A DNA stretch of 64,000 bases from a virus: IMG/VR virus record IMGVR_UViG_3300045988_155520, positions 128,001 through 192,000 of that record; one strand, written 5' to 3'. Made by a program: the position numbers and the translations under genes. Shown here piece after piece: positions 44,812 through 53,318 of this stretch (its first letter is position 1; each line of letters begins with the position of its first letter). A model generated the notes under the pieces. It saw only the letters and a list, made by a program, of their open reading frames with translations, did not search any database and was not told where the DNA came from.

Positions 44812-46050
44812 TTATCTAACATCATCGGCTGTTCCACCTTTGTTATCTCTACCTCTGGTATCAAACTGTACTTGGAATAAACGTCGTGTAAACTTATCTA
44901 ACGCTCTTATGTAAACGGTTGAACCCTCTTCCATTGTATAAGGGTCAAACTCAAGACATATAGCATAATTATAACCTATTAGATTAGATAATTGAGGAAT
45001 ATTGTAAACTTTATAAGTTTTACCATTTTCCTTACTTGTCATAAGGATGCCGTTATTTAAGATAAAATTCTTAAGAGTGTCACGTTCATGTCTCCAACGT
45101 TCTGCAAATGGATTATGGTCGGCATTTCCGTCAGCAACCACCTCTTCATTCAAAGAGTTAACATCGTCATATAAGGAAGCAATTAAATCCCACAATTTAT
45201 CCAGATAACCTGCTCTACGTAAAACTTTATACACAATGTTACCAACACCCATTTCACCGTCTTCAAGACCTTCCTTTCTTGTTTCCTGAATTGTTGATAA
45301 CAAATCTTCCGCTTCTTCTGAAATCTTCTCTAAGACATGTTTATCATCGGTAGATTTTGCACTGTCTATTAAATCATCTATCTGAGTCATGAAATCAGCT
45401 GCTATAGACTTGATTTCATATTTCTCTAAACCTATTTCTTCTATATCATCTGGATTTGGCTTTTTTAACCATTCATTACCTTCCAAATCATATATACCGC
45501 CTGATTCAGTTTCAGCATCAATATCTTCAACGTAAAGTTCTACTTTATATCCGTAAATCTCGAGTGAATCATGTTCGTTATTCCATGCATTCTTCTTAGC
45601 TTTAAAATATTCTTCAACAAACTCTACACGTTTATCAACTTTTTCAAAATCTACTACAATATGTAAATCAATATCAGAATATTCAGACCAATTAAAATTA
45701 CATATGGAACCAGTTAAAATATAACCTTCAGGTTTTACCCATGTAACACCCATAGTGTCCCAAAAATCATCAGCTATATCTAATAGACGTAAACGTACTT
45801 TAGAATCAAGTTTATCATCCTTCCATATTTCTGGTACAAGGGTCTTTTCTTTTTTAAAAGAACTTAAACTAATTTCCTCTGCATCAACTTCTGGAATAAC
45901 ATTTTCCCCCAAACTATCTTGCACAACATGACCATACTCAAGACTAGTACCAGTATTTAACTTATAGTTATCTTGAGAAACGAAATCATTATTATTTTCT
46001 TTTAATAATGATAATTTACTATTTGGAATGAAAACCTTTTTACTCATCAT
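44812..46050 (-). CDS. Pol-beta superfamily nucleotidyltransferase domain protein
   Basis: GSICNFNWSEYSDIDLHIVV fits the G-S...D-x-D minimal NTase motif. Extra C-terminal domains are present. Confidence 0.5.
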   Translation of the reverse strand: MMSKKVFIPNSKLSLLKENNNDFVSQDNYKLNTGTSLEYGHVVQDSLGENVIPEVDAEEISLSSFKKEKTLVPEIWKDDKLDSKVRLRLLDIADDFWDTMGVTWVKPEGYILTGSICNFNWSEYSDIDLHIVVDFEKVDKRVEFVEEYFKAKKNAWNNEHDSLEIYGYKVELYVEDIDAETESGGIYDLEGNEWLKKPNPDDIEEIGLEKYEIKSIAADFMTQIDDLIDSAKSTDDKHVLEKISEEAEDLLSTIQETRKEGLEDGEMGVGNIVYKVLRRAGYLDKLWDLIASLYDDVNSLNEEVVADGNADHNPFAERWRHERDTLKNFILNNGILMTSKENGKTYKVYNIPQLSNLIGYNYAICLEFDPYTMEEGSTVYIRALDKFTRRLFQVQFDTRGRDNKGGTADDVR

Positions 46051-46292
46051 TATAAATGATTAGATGGCGGAAAATTCTTACCTTCTCCCTTAAAATCAAT
46101 TTTATGTTTCTCTACTTTAGATACAAGCAAATCACTTGGTACAGCATCTTCCTGACCCAACATCAAACCATCCTTATCTGGTCCGACTTTAATATCCTTG
46201 TCAGGTTCATACTCTACACGAGTTTGCATTGCCATAGTCTCAAATCTTTCTGGTTCGTTAAAACCATAACCATCATATTCTTGTTCTAACAT
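46050..46292 (-). CDS. hypothetical protein (80 aa)
   Basis: Track ORF trimmed to the MLEQEYDGYGF start. The upstream track extension overlaps a terminator. Confidence 0.4.
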   Translation of the reverse strand: MLEQEYDGYGFNEPERFETMAMQTRVEYEPDKDIKVGPDKDGLMLGQEDAVPSDLLVSKVEKHKIDFKGEGKNFPPSNHL

Positions 46293-46321
46293 GTTTAATA
46301 CTTTTTTTAATAAATAGGTTA

Positions 46322-46356
46322 TAAAATAAAAAAGCACTGCTATTTAGCGGTGCTTT
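46322..46356 (-). terminator. hairpin with T-run inside the minus-strand operon
   Basis: On the minus strand, aaagcaccgc-taaata-gcagtgcttt (one G.U pair) is followed by TTTTATTTT. It overlaps the stop of 46340..46924. Confidence 0.5.
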
Positions 46357-46924
46357 TATTAAATGTAACTACTTCATTAGTAACAAAGTTTATATAGAAG
46401 TGAGATATATCTTCTAAATCTTTCATATAAGCTTTAAAAGCAATATCTTTCCGTCCCCATTTAGCTCGTTGATAAGGTACATAGCATTCTTGAGGTGTAT
46501 CGTAAACAATATTTTTCCCACTACTAATATATTCTTTATATTTGGTTTCAGCGAAATACGTTAATTGTTCTCGTTTTACAAAAAGAAGTTTATTATCTGT
46601 TTTAAAAACAATATAATCTTCTTCCCCATAAATCCATCCTGGCTTTCCACTGACATTCTGTATCTCTAACCAAGTTATACTATAATCTTTATTAGAGTCA
46701 GTTCTTTTATTCTTACGTGAATCTTTAACATCTACTCCATATCTTTTTCCATTAGGTGCATCCCACCAAAAATCAACATGCTTCTTTGTATCTTCTGTTA
46801 TTGTTGATTGATAGCATTTACCGCCTAATAATGTTTCAATCTTATCACGTGTAAATAAGTCAGCTTTCATACCCTCATCGAAACATCGTTTAGTTTCTTT
46901 TTTTACAACATAAGATACACTCAT
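46340..46924 (-). CDS. PD-(D/E)xK-like nuclease fold protein (tentative)
   Basis: HVDFWWD...GVDVKDSRK resembles a D...(D/E)xK core. Its start overlaps the thyA-like stop by 4 nt. Confidence 0.35.
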   Translation of the reverse strand: MSVSYVVKKETKRCFDEGMKADLFTRDKIETLLGGKCYQSTITEDTKKHVDFWWDAPNGKRYGVDVKDSRKNKRTDSNKDYSITWLEIQNVSGKPGWIYGEEDYIVFKTDNKLLFVKREQLTYFAETKYKEYISSGKNIVYDTPQECYVPYQRAKWGRKDIAFKAYMKDLEDISHFYINFVTNEVVTFNKSTAK

Positions 46925-48000
46925 CCGACACTTAAAGGAAACTTAATTGAAGCATCTGGATGATAATTATAAATTAAGAAACTATCATATTTAAAATCAT
47001 CCATACTTCTTATTTCGCCTTGTATTCTGAGCTGTGGTAGAGTATTACTACCAGTACGTTTTAATTGCTCCTGTACGCCATTTAATTGGTTCTCATAGAT
47101 ATGACAATCACCGCCAATATAAACCAACTCATCTACGGTCATATTACAAACATGCGCAAACATGTGCGTTAACAAAGCTGCTGAACAAATATTATAAGGA
47201 CAACCCAAAGGTAAATCATTACTTCTAATATTCAACATGCAACTTAATTTATACTTTGGAATATCAATATAATTTAGAAATGTTTCCGTAACATCACATT
47301 GTTCACCTTCATTTAAACTTTCTTTATACAAATCTATACGTTCACCCAATGTAAGTTCTTTTGTATAGAATTGATACATTATATGACAAGGATATAACGC
47401 AGCTTCATCTACAGTATCTGGGTCATAACAAGTTAAAATAATACGTCTTGATGTAGGGTCATTCCTTAGTAGATTGACAAGTTCCCTAATTTGGTCTTTA
47501 CCAGAAGAACCAAAATGCCTCCAGTTCTTACCATACATAGCACCAAGGTCTCCATACTTATACTCTTTTTCTATCTTTTCATCATCAACACAACGTACAA
47601 CCCTAACTTTCTCTCCTGCTTTAACTTTCTCTAAAAACTCTTCTTTAGATATTCCAGATAAAATATGATAGCCCATTTTTACCATACGTTCGTTCATACA
47701 TTGGTCATTCTTAACAGCGATGTCGTTAAAATAACGAAACGCATCATCATTCCAAATATTAACACCATTATCTACAAGATATTTAATATTCGTAGAACCT
47801 GAAATAAACCAAAGTAACTCATGAATTATTCCTTTTGTGCTTACTTTTTTGGTTGTAAGTAAAGGTAGTCCATCTTTTAAATTAAAACGCATCATACGTC
47901 CAAAAACAGACTTTACAAGTCCACTACGTGTCTTACGTTCACTACCATTTTCTAAAACATCTCGAAGTAAATCAAGATATTGTTTATCAACATTATTCAT
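46921..48000 (-). CDS. thymidylate synthase (ThyA) homolog with two insertions; dTMP synthase versus dUMP hydroxymethylase unresolved
   Basis: ThyA landmarks are present: RTG-like KTRSG, IIHELLWFISG, GAMYGKNWR, catalytic ALYPCH, RSND and PYNICS (Asn implies uracil specificity). There is an insert of about 55 aa after IWNDD and one of about 25 aa after QFY. Confidence 0.8.
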   Translation of the reverse strand: MNNVDKQYLDLLRDVLENGSERKTRSGLVKSVFGRMMRFNLKDGLPLLTTKKVSTKGIIHELLWFISGSTNIKYLVDNGVNIWNDDAFRYFNDIAVKNDQCMNERMVKMGYHILSGISKEEFLEKVKAGEKVRVVRCVDDEKIEKEYKYGDLGAMYGKNWRHFGSSGKDQIRELVNLLRNDPTSRRIILTCYDPDTVDEAALYPCHIMYQFYTKELTLGERIDLYKESLNEGEQCDVTETFLNYIDIPKYKLSCMLNIRSNDLPLGCPYNICSAALLTHMFAHVCNMTVDELVYIGGDCHIYENQLNGVQEQLKRTGSNTLPQLRIQGEIRSMDDFKYDSFLIYNYHPDASIKFPLSVG

Positions 48001-48211
48001 TATCTCTATTTTTATTTAATATTACATCTGCAAACTTAGAAGGGTATAATTGAGGATGAATGATTTTTTGATAATATTTAAACTCTTTCTTAATATCATC
48101 AAATCCTGTAACGTAAGTAATTTTATCAGCAGGTATCCGCCTACTAACCCCGTTTCCTAAATCGACGTATAATAATACATCTTCGCTATTTTCATTTGTC
48201 TTGTGGCTCAT
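47993..48211 (-). CDS. hypothetical protein
   Basis: Track ORF overlapping both neighbours in the operon. Confidence 0.45.
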   Translation of the reverse strand: MSHKTNENSEDVLLYVDLGNGVSRRIPADKITYVTGFDDIKKEFKYYQKIIHPQLYPSKFADVILNKNRDNE

Positions 48212-48926
48212 GTTTAATTCTTTTTTCCAACCATGTTTTAATTTTATTCAATGTTTCAAACGTATCTTTGTCAATTAAAATACCAACAGAATCTGGTTTA
48301 AACTTTTCAAATTTTTCATTACACTCATTAACGATATAAGACAAATTTTGTAAATCGTTAGGAGTAAACAAAAAATTCGTTAATTGTATTTCTTCTTCTC
48401 TAATCTGTATTCCTGATTCTGCAGCATCAATATAATCTGATTTTAGTTCTGCTGTTATAACACCTTTATTACCATTCAATAAATTATAAACATACGCATT
48501 CATCATTGAAAAATTACCGATGAATTGTCCTTTACTTAAACTATGTTTAAAGCAATGTTCCAAAGTACGTTCTTCAATCAAATCAATCCACTCCGTCCAC
48601 TTATTATCTATTTCTTGAATCTGTTTTGCTGGTTTGTGTGCCATTACAAAATTTTCGACAAATTCATTTCTACGAGAACGTTCTGGATAAAATAGATTAA
48701 AATCAACGCCACGTGAGTTTAATTCTTCACATATTGCAGGATGAGAAGAAATCAAAACAATATCAGTTTTATCTACAATTGATAAAACATAATCTACATA
48801 ATTGTCTGGAAACCCATCTGAATCATAATCAGAAACTTTAACGTTTTCAACTGTTATTCCATCACGACAATTCGTTTTCAAATATCGTCTTCCACAACCA
48901 GGAAAACCACTAACAATAACCCCCAT
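48192..48926 (-). CDS. P-loop kinase-like protein with a degenerate Walker A
   Basis: The N-terminus VIVSGFPGCGRRYL resembles GxPGxGK(S/T), but Lys-Ser/Thr is replaced by Arg-Arg. Confidence 0.4.
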   Translation of the reverse strand: MGVIVSGFPGCGRRYLKTNCRDGITVENVKVSDYDSDGFPDNYVDYVLSIVDKTDIVLISSHPAICEELNSRGVDFNLFYPERSRRNEFVENFVMAHKPAKQIQEIDNKWTEWIDLIEERTLEHCFKHSLSKGQFIGNFSMMNAYVYNLLNGNKGVITAELKSDYIDAAESGIQIREEEIQLTNFLFTPNDLQNLSYIVNECNEKFEKFKPDSVGILIDKDTFETLNKIKTWLEKRIKHEPQDK

Positions 48927-48929
48927 ATA

Positions 48930-49379
48930 CTACAACTTTTTAATTTTAACTCCTACTGATAATAAAATGTCATTAATCATCTCGTATGTATCAGTGTCTA
49001 AAGTTTTATCCAACTCATACAAAATTATACCTGCATGGTCCTTAATTGTAAACTTATCATTATTATCCATGTACATACCATTATTTGAACGGTAGATATA
49101 TTCTTCGTTAATAACATCTACGTTAACATCCTCTAAACGGTTACATGTATATTTTTTAATATACGAATTAAGTGCCTTACCTTGCGAATCACCATCTCTA
49201 AAGAACAAGTAATCTCTTACATCAACATCATTATATTGATACTGTCTACCATTTGAGAAAACGACCTTTAAAGTCTTAGGTTTATTGTCATTATCAATAC
49301 ACTCAGAATATAATATATTAGAACTCTTATACCATGTTCTATCTATATTATCACTATAAACATTAAGTAATTTACTCAT
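48930..49379 (-). CDS. KTSC-domain protein
   Basis: LKVVFSNGRQYQYNDVDVRDYLFFRDGDSQGKALNSYIKK matches the KTSC pattern (L.V.F..G..Y.Y.dV....y......S.G). Confidence 0.55.
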   Translation of the reverse strand: MSKLLNVYSDNIDRTWYKSSNILYSECIDNDNKPKTLKVVFSNGRQYQYNDVDVRDYLFFRDGDSQGKALNSYIKKYTCNRLEDVNVDVINEEYIYRSNNGMYMDNNDKFTIKDHAGIILYELDKTLDTDTYEMINDILLSVGVKIKKL

Positions 49380-49410
49380 ATTATCTATGTTTTAAAAATT
49401 AAACTTACTG

Positions 49411-49441
49411 CAAAGATACAATATTTTTAGAAAACAACAAA
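49411..49441 (-). promoter_or_regulatory. Bacteroidota-type promoter (TTTG-N19-TATCTTTG)
   Basis: On the minus strand, TTTG lies at 49441..49438 and TATCTTTG at 49418..49411, 31 nt upstream of the ATG at 49379. Confidence 0.6.
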
Positions 49442-49446
49442 ACGAA

Positions 49447-49481
49447 ATAAAAAAAGCTAACAAAAAAAAATTGTTAGCTTT
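49447..49481 (-). terminator. rho-independent terminator
   Basis: On the minus strand, aaagctaaca-T-rich loop-tgttagcttt is followed by a T-run. Confidence 0.6.
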
Positions 49482-49500
49482 AAATCTGATTGACTTTACC

Positions 49501-49872
49501 TTACTTAAATTTCTTGTACTGACGTTTCATACCACGACCCAAAGTATCAGCAGCGTCACGATAGTATTCACCATCATTCTCTCTATCACGGTAATACTGG
49601 TAATCCTCTTGGTCTTCCATACCCTGCTTGAAAGCGTGTCGTCTAAATAACTTATCGGCTACTTTCTTATCATCAGCTGCTGGGTCCTCTGGACGGTGAT
49701 TTTTAGCTGCCATAAAAGTATCCTTATCCTTATTTGCTTTAGCACGACCAGCTACACGACCAAGCATGTATTGACCCTTTTGTGTATCACCAATCTCAGT
49801 CAATGCTCTGCGTACGGAATTTTCTACAAGTCTATGAAGGTCACTTTCTGTAAGTCTTACAATTTTTTTCAT
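49501..49872 (-). CDS. hypothetical basic protein with a strong N-terminal KLTE module
   Basis: N-terminus is MKKIVRLTESDLHRLVENSVRRALTE. Confidence 0.6.
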   Translation of the reverse strand: MKKIVRLTESDLHRLVENSVRRALTEIGDTQKGQYMLGRVAGRAKANKDKDTFMAAKNHRPEDPAADDKKVADKLFRRHAFKQGMEDQEDYQYYRDRENDGEYYRDAADTLGRGMKRQYKKFK

Positions 49873-49957
49873 TTTTTATATAATATTATTTTTTATTAAA
49901 CTTTAATATAAATATCCAAATAATTCAAATGTTATCTTTTTCTATTTAAACGCCACA

Positions 49958-49988
49958 CTTGACAAGCGTATAAAATACATTATCTTTT
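49958..49988 (+). promoter_or_regulatory. degenerate Bacteroidota-type promoter (cTTG-N19-TATCTTTT)
   Basis: TATCTTTT at 49981..49988, 19 nt upstream of the clp-like ATG. Both the -33 element and the final G are imperfect. Confidence 0.3.
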
Positions 49989-50007
49989 AAAAAAGACAAT
50001 TTTATTA

Positions 50008-52488
50008 ATGGACGAAATAAGATTAATGTATAGCAAAGAATTGGATGAAGTTGTATTATATATGGAAACATCTATTCTTAATGAAATACCCTCCAAAGAG
50101 TTAACACCAGAACACTTCGTTCTTGCAATGTTAGATACAAAAAACTGTCATGCACACATGATTCTTGAAAGTTATTTAATGAACAACAACATAGTAAGTT
50201 TAAGAGAGTTGTTTGCTAACGCATTAACGGCATGTAATAACGAGATAAGTGGACTAACAAATAATATAATTGAAATTCCTTTCAGTAAAGAAATGAATAA
50301 ATTAATGGAAGATGCTGAGAATGAAAAAGAAATTACGAAAAGTAAAATTTTAGGTACTGAACATTTCCTTTTAGCATTACTAAATCCAGAATTGAATTTA
50401 AATAGCGGAAAAATTCTTAAAAGTGCTGGTATTGATTATAACAATATTTTGAGTAAATGTCAAAGCGAAACAAAAAATAGACATACTAAAAAACCGAAGA
50501 CTAAAAATAATAACATGAATATTCCTTCAAAAAGTGAAATTAATATTAAATCAGTTTCACCAAAAGATAATTTTATAAAGCAATATACTATCAATTTAAA
50601 TCAAATTATAAAAGATGGTAAAGTTGATAAAACAATCGGACGAGAAAAAGAACTTAAAATTATCATGCAGGTACTTTCAAGACGTAGAAAGAATAATGTA
50701 GTACTTGTAGGTAAAGGAGGTGTCGGAAAGACTTCAATTGTTTACGGTCTTGCAAAGTTAATTAACGAACATAAAGTACCAAGTGTATTAGACGGCAAAG
50801 AATTACTTCTACTCAATATTATGAGTATGGTATCGGGAACGAGTTTAAGAGGTATGTTTGAAGAACGAGTTAAAGGACTATTTGACGAATTGGAAAACAA
50901 TGACAAATATATCCTTGTTATTGACGATATGCAGATGGTACTTAAGAATGGTAATAAAGATAGAGATACAGACATTTCTGATAAAATTGGTAAGATTTTG
51001 GAAGACGGTAATGTTAGAGTCATAGGTACATTACCTTTTAAGGAATATCGTAATTGTGTTGAAAATAATACACAACTATCTCGTAAATTACAGAAAATTG
51101 TTATTGAACCAAACAATGCTTCTGAAACAATACAAATTATAAAAGAAAATAAAAAGTTTTACGAGGATTATCATAACACAATTTATAGTGATGAAATAAT
51201 CAAAAAAGCGGTTGAACTTTCTGAAAAGTATATAAACGACAGATGTTTGCCTGATTCTGCAATAGATGTGATTGACCTTGCTGGTGCTGGATTATGTCTA
51301 ACCAAAACGGAACCAGAAATGATTACTTCTACAAGAAGCCGTCTGCATGAGATTGCAAATGAAAAAAAGAAGTACATGAATAATGGTGAATGGGAACTTG
51401 TTGAAGTCTTAAATAAAGAAGAGAAGGCACTTAATCGTAAATTAACTGATTATAAGAGAGAACAAAAGAAAGATAATAAACATATAGTACCTATTACTGA
51501 AAATGATATTGCAAAAGTAATATCAGATATAACTGGAGTACCAGTAACCAAATTGTCAAGTAATGAGAAAACTAAAATCGCTCATATTGATAATATATTA
51601 AAGGAAAGTATTATAGGTCAAGATGAAGCCGTAGAAGCAATCTGTAAGGTTATTAAAAGAAATAAAGTAGGGCTTGGTGATAAAACAAAGACAATGTCAA
51701 ATATTCTTATGATGGGCCCTTCAGGTTGTGGTAAAACGTTGATTGCTAAGAAGTTAGCAGAAGAAATATTCGGTGATGAAAAATCATTAATACGCATTGA
51801 TATGTCTGAATATTCTGAGAAAAATTCAATTTCAAAACTTACAGGTGCATCTCCTGGTTATGTAGGATATGAAAATGGTGGACAATTAACCGAGGCAATT
51901 AAAAATAAGCAACACTGTGTCTTACTTTTAGATGAAATTGAAAAAGCTGACCAAGAAGTTTATAATCTGTTTTTACAATTATTCGATGATGGTAGATTAA
52001 CAGACTCATCTGGGCAACTTGTTAATTTTAAGAACGTTATTGTTTTAATGACATCAAATATCGGTGCTAAGCAAGCATCTGAGTTTGGAAAAAGCATTGG
52101 CTTTTCTACAAATGTTGGTAATAATAAGAAAGCCATCATTGAAAAAGAAATGAAAAGTAAATTTACACCAGAATTTCTTAATAGAATTGACCAAATTGTT
52201 TACTTTAATAGTTTAACAGATGATAACCTCAAAGGTATTACTGAATTAGAAATAAAGAAGTTCTCCAATAGAGTTAAACAAGCTGGTTATAATATAACAT
52301 ATACACCAAAGGTTGTTGATTTCATCTATCAAAAAGCAGTAAAACAGAAAGAGTATGGCGCTCGCCCAATTATTCGATTTGTACAAAACGAACTTGAAGA
52401 TAAGTTGACAGATGTAATCTTACTTGGGGATTATGAAAATGAGCATACATTTAATTTTGATTTCGAAAACGAATTAATCATTTCGTAA
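50008..52488 (+). CDS. ClpA/ClpC-like double-ring AAA+ unfoldase
   Basis: Two Clp_N repeats (LTPEHFVLAML, LGTEHFLLALL). D1 has Walker A GKGGVGKTS and an atypical Walker B ILVIDDMQ. D2 has GPSGCGKT, LLLDEIEKA and PEFLNRID. There is a short coiled-coil M region and a KSIGFST loop. Confidence 0.85.
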   Translation: MDEIRLMYSKELDEVVLYMETSILNEIPSKELTPEHFVLAMLDTKNCHAHMILESYLMNNNIVSLRELFANALTACNNEISGLTNNIIEIPFSKEMNKLMEDAENEKEITKSKILGTEHFLLALLNPELNLNSGKILKSAGIDYNNILSKCQSETKNRHTKKPKTKNNNMNIPSKSEINIKSVSPKDNFIKQYTINLNQIIKDGKVDKTIGREKELKIIMQVLSRRRKNNVVLVGKGGVGKTSIVYGLAKLINEHKVPSVLDGKELLLLNIMSMVSGTSLRGMFEERVKGLFDELENNDKYILVIDDMQMVLKNGNKDRDTDISDKIGKILEDGNVRVIGTLPFKEYRNCVENNTQLSRKLQKIVIEPNNASETIQIIKENKKFYEDYHNTIYSDEIIKKAVELSEKYINDRCLPDSAIDVIDLAGAGLCLTKTEPEMITSTRSRLHEIANEKKKYMNNGEWELVEVLNKEEKALNRKLTDYKREQKKDNKHIVPITENDIAKVISDITGVPVTKLSSNEKTKIAHIDNILKESIIGQDEAVEAICKVIKRNKVGLGDKTKTMSNILMMGPSGCGKTLIAKKLAEEIFGDEKSLIRIDMSEYSEKNSISKLTGASPGYVGYENGGQLTEAIKNKQHCVLLLDEIEKADQEVYNLFLQLFDDGRLTDSSGQLVNFKNVIVLMTSNIGAKQASEFGKSIGFSTNVGNNKKAIIEKEMKSKFTPEFLNRIDQIVYFNSLTDDNLKGITELEIKKFSNRVKQAGYNITYTPKVVDFIYQKAVKQKEYGARPIIRFVQNELEDKLTDVILLGDYENEHTFNFDFENELIIS

Positions 52489-52494
52489 AACAAA

Positions 52495-52522
52495 ATGAAC
52501 GGGGCAATCAAACCCCGTTCAT
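52495..52522. terminator. hairpin between convergent genes
   Basis: atgaacgggg-caatcaaa-ccccgttcat forms a 10-bp stem. A T-run is present only in the minus-strand direction. Confidence 0.55.
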
Positions 52523-52529
52523 AAAAATC

Positions 52530-52655
52530 TTAATACTCACATCCTACAAGTGCCACAACTATAAAGAAGAATATAATCAGGCATGTCTGGATAAAGAAAT
52601 AAGTTTTACAATACTTTTTGAAAAAAGATGCTACTTTTGAAAATAATTTCTTCAT
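52530..52655 (-). CDS. small membrane peptide (41 aa)
   Basis: Hand translation gives MKKLFSKVASFFKKYCKTYFFIQTCLIIFFFIVVALVGCEY*. Confidence 0.3.
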   Translation of the reverse strand: MKKLFSKVASFFKKYCKTYFFIQTCLIIFFFIVVALVGCEY

Positions 52656-52752
52656 GATATTTAAGTTTTAATATAAATATTGTATTTCAGACAAATATAC
52701 TAAATTACTCACCAAAATTATTGATTAAATTTATGTTAAAATATTTAATTGA

Positions 52753-52784
52753 TTTGGGCGTTAAAAATATTTTTCATATCTTTG
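52753..52784 (+). promoter_or_regulatory. Bacteroidota-type promoter (TTTG-N20-TATCTTTG)
   Basis: TTTG at 52753..52756 and TATCTTTG at 52777..52784. Confidence 0.6.
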
Positions 52785-52836
52785 CAACCGTGTTAAAAAT
52801 TAATAGAAAACAGTTTTATAAACTATTTATCTTTAT

Positions 52837-53220
52837 ATGCATGACACAAAAATGAAGTTAAAACAATATAATAAACAACTTAACGAAGAATTTAGAAAAG
52901 AAGTATTAAGAGAGAGTTACTCTGATAAAGTGTCAGTAATTCAAAGTTTCTTAGATAAAAATTTTATTCGTGCAAAATATACAGGAGAAGATGATAATGG
53001 CATCCTTGTTAATATACCAATAGTCATACAAATGGACGAAAATGGACAACCATCCAAAAAGTCATTAACTGACCAACAATTATTCTATCTCCTACAAAAT
53101 AAATTTAAAACGATACTACCAAAAGAACATGGTAGAGATAAATTTATTATACAAGTATTAAAAGATTGGTACAGTCAGAAGATTACCAAATATGGTACTC
53201 TAACTAAATACGGCTTTTAA
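52837..53220 (+). CDS. hypothetical protein
   Basis: Track ORF lying downstream of a promoter. Confidence 0.55.
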   Translation: MHDTKMKLKQYNKQLNEEFRKEVLRESYSDKVSVIQSFLDKNFIRAKYTGEDDNGILVNIPIVIQMDENGQPSKKSLTDQQLFYLLQNKFKTILPKEHGRDKFIIQVLKDWYSQKITKYGTLTKYGF

Positions 53221-53318
53221 TTAATAAGAGGTCAAAACAGCACAGAACGGAGTCTCACACAGTGCTAAATTGTAAAACATAACTTAGGTTTTGATTTACA
53301 CCTCACTTAAAAATAAAA

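Noticed and set aside
46921-48000. Possible group I intron in the thymidylate-synthase gene, as in the T4 td gene.
   Set aside because: The reading frame is continuous across the whole gene. The extra length is in-frame protein insertion, not a stop-rich structured RNA.
49959-49974. Sigma70-like TTGACA ... TATAAA upstream of the clp-like gene.
   Set aside because: Only 4 nt separate the two hexamers, against the roughly 17 nt required. The host-type signals elsewhere in the window are of the Bacteroidota TTTG/TAnnTTTG type.
53221-53318. Possible tRNA or small RNA in the 98-nt spacer before the lysin gene (stems AGCACAG...CAGTGCT and GGTCAAAAC...GTTTTGA).
   Set aside because: There is no cloverleaf, and no T-loop or anticodon-arm features. 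The stems are short and imperfect, so at most this is a weak terminator or 5' UTR structure.
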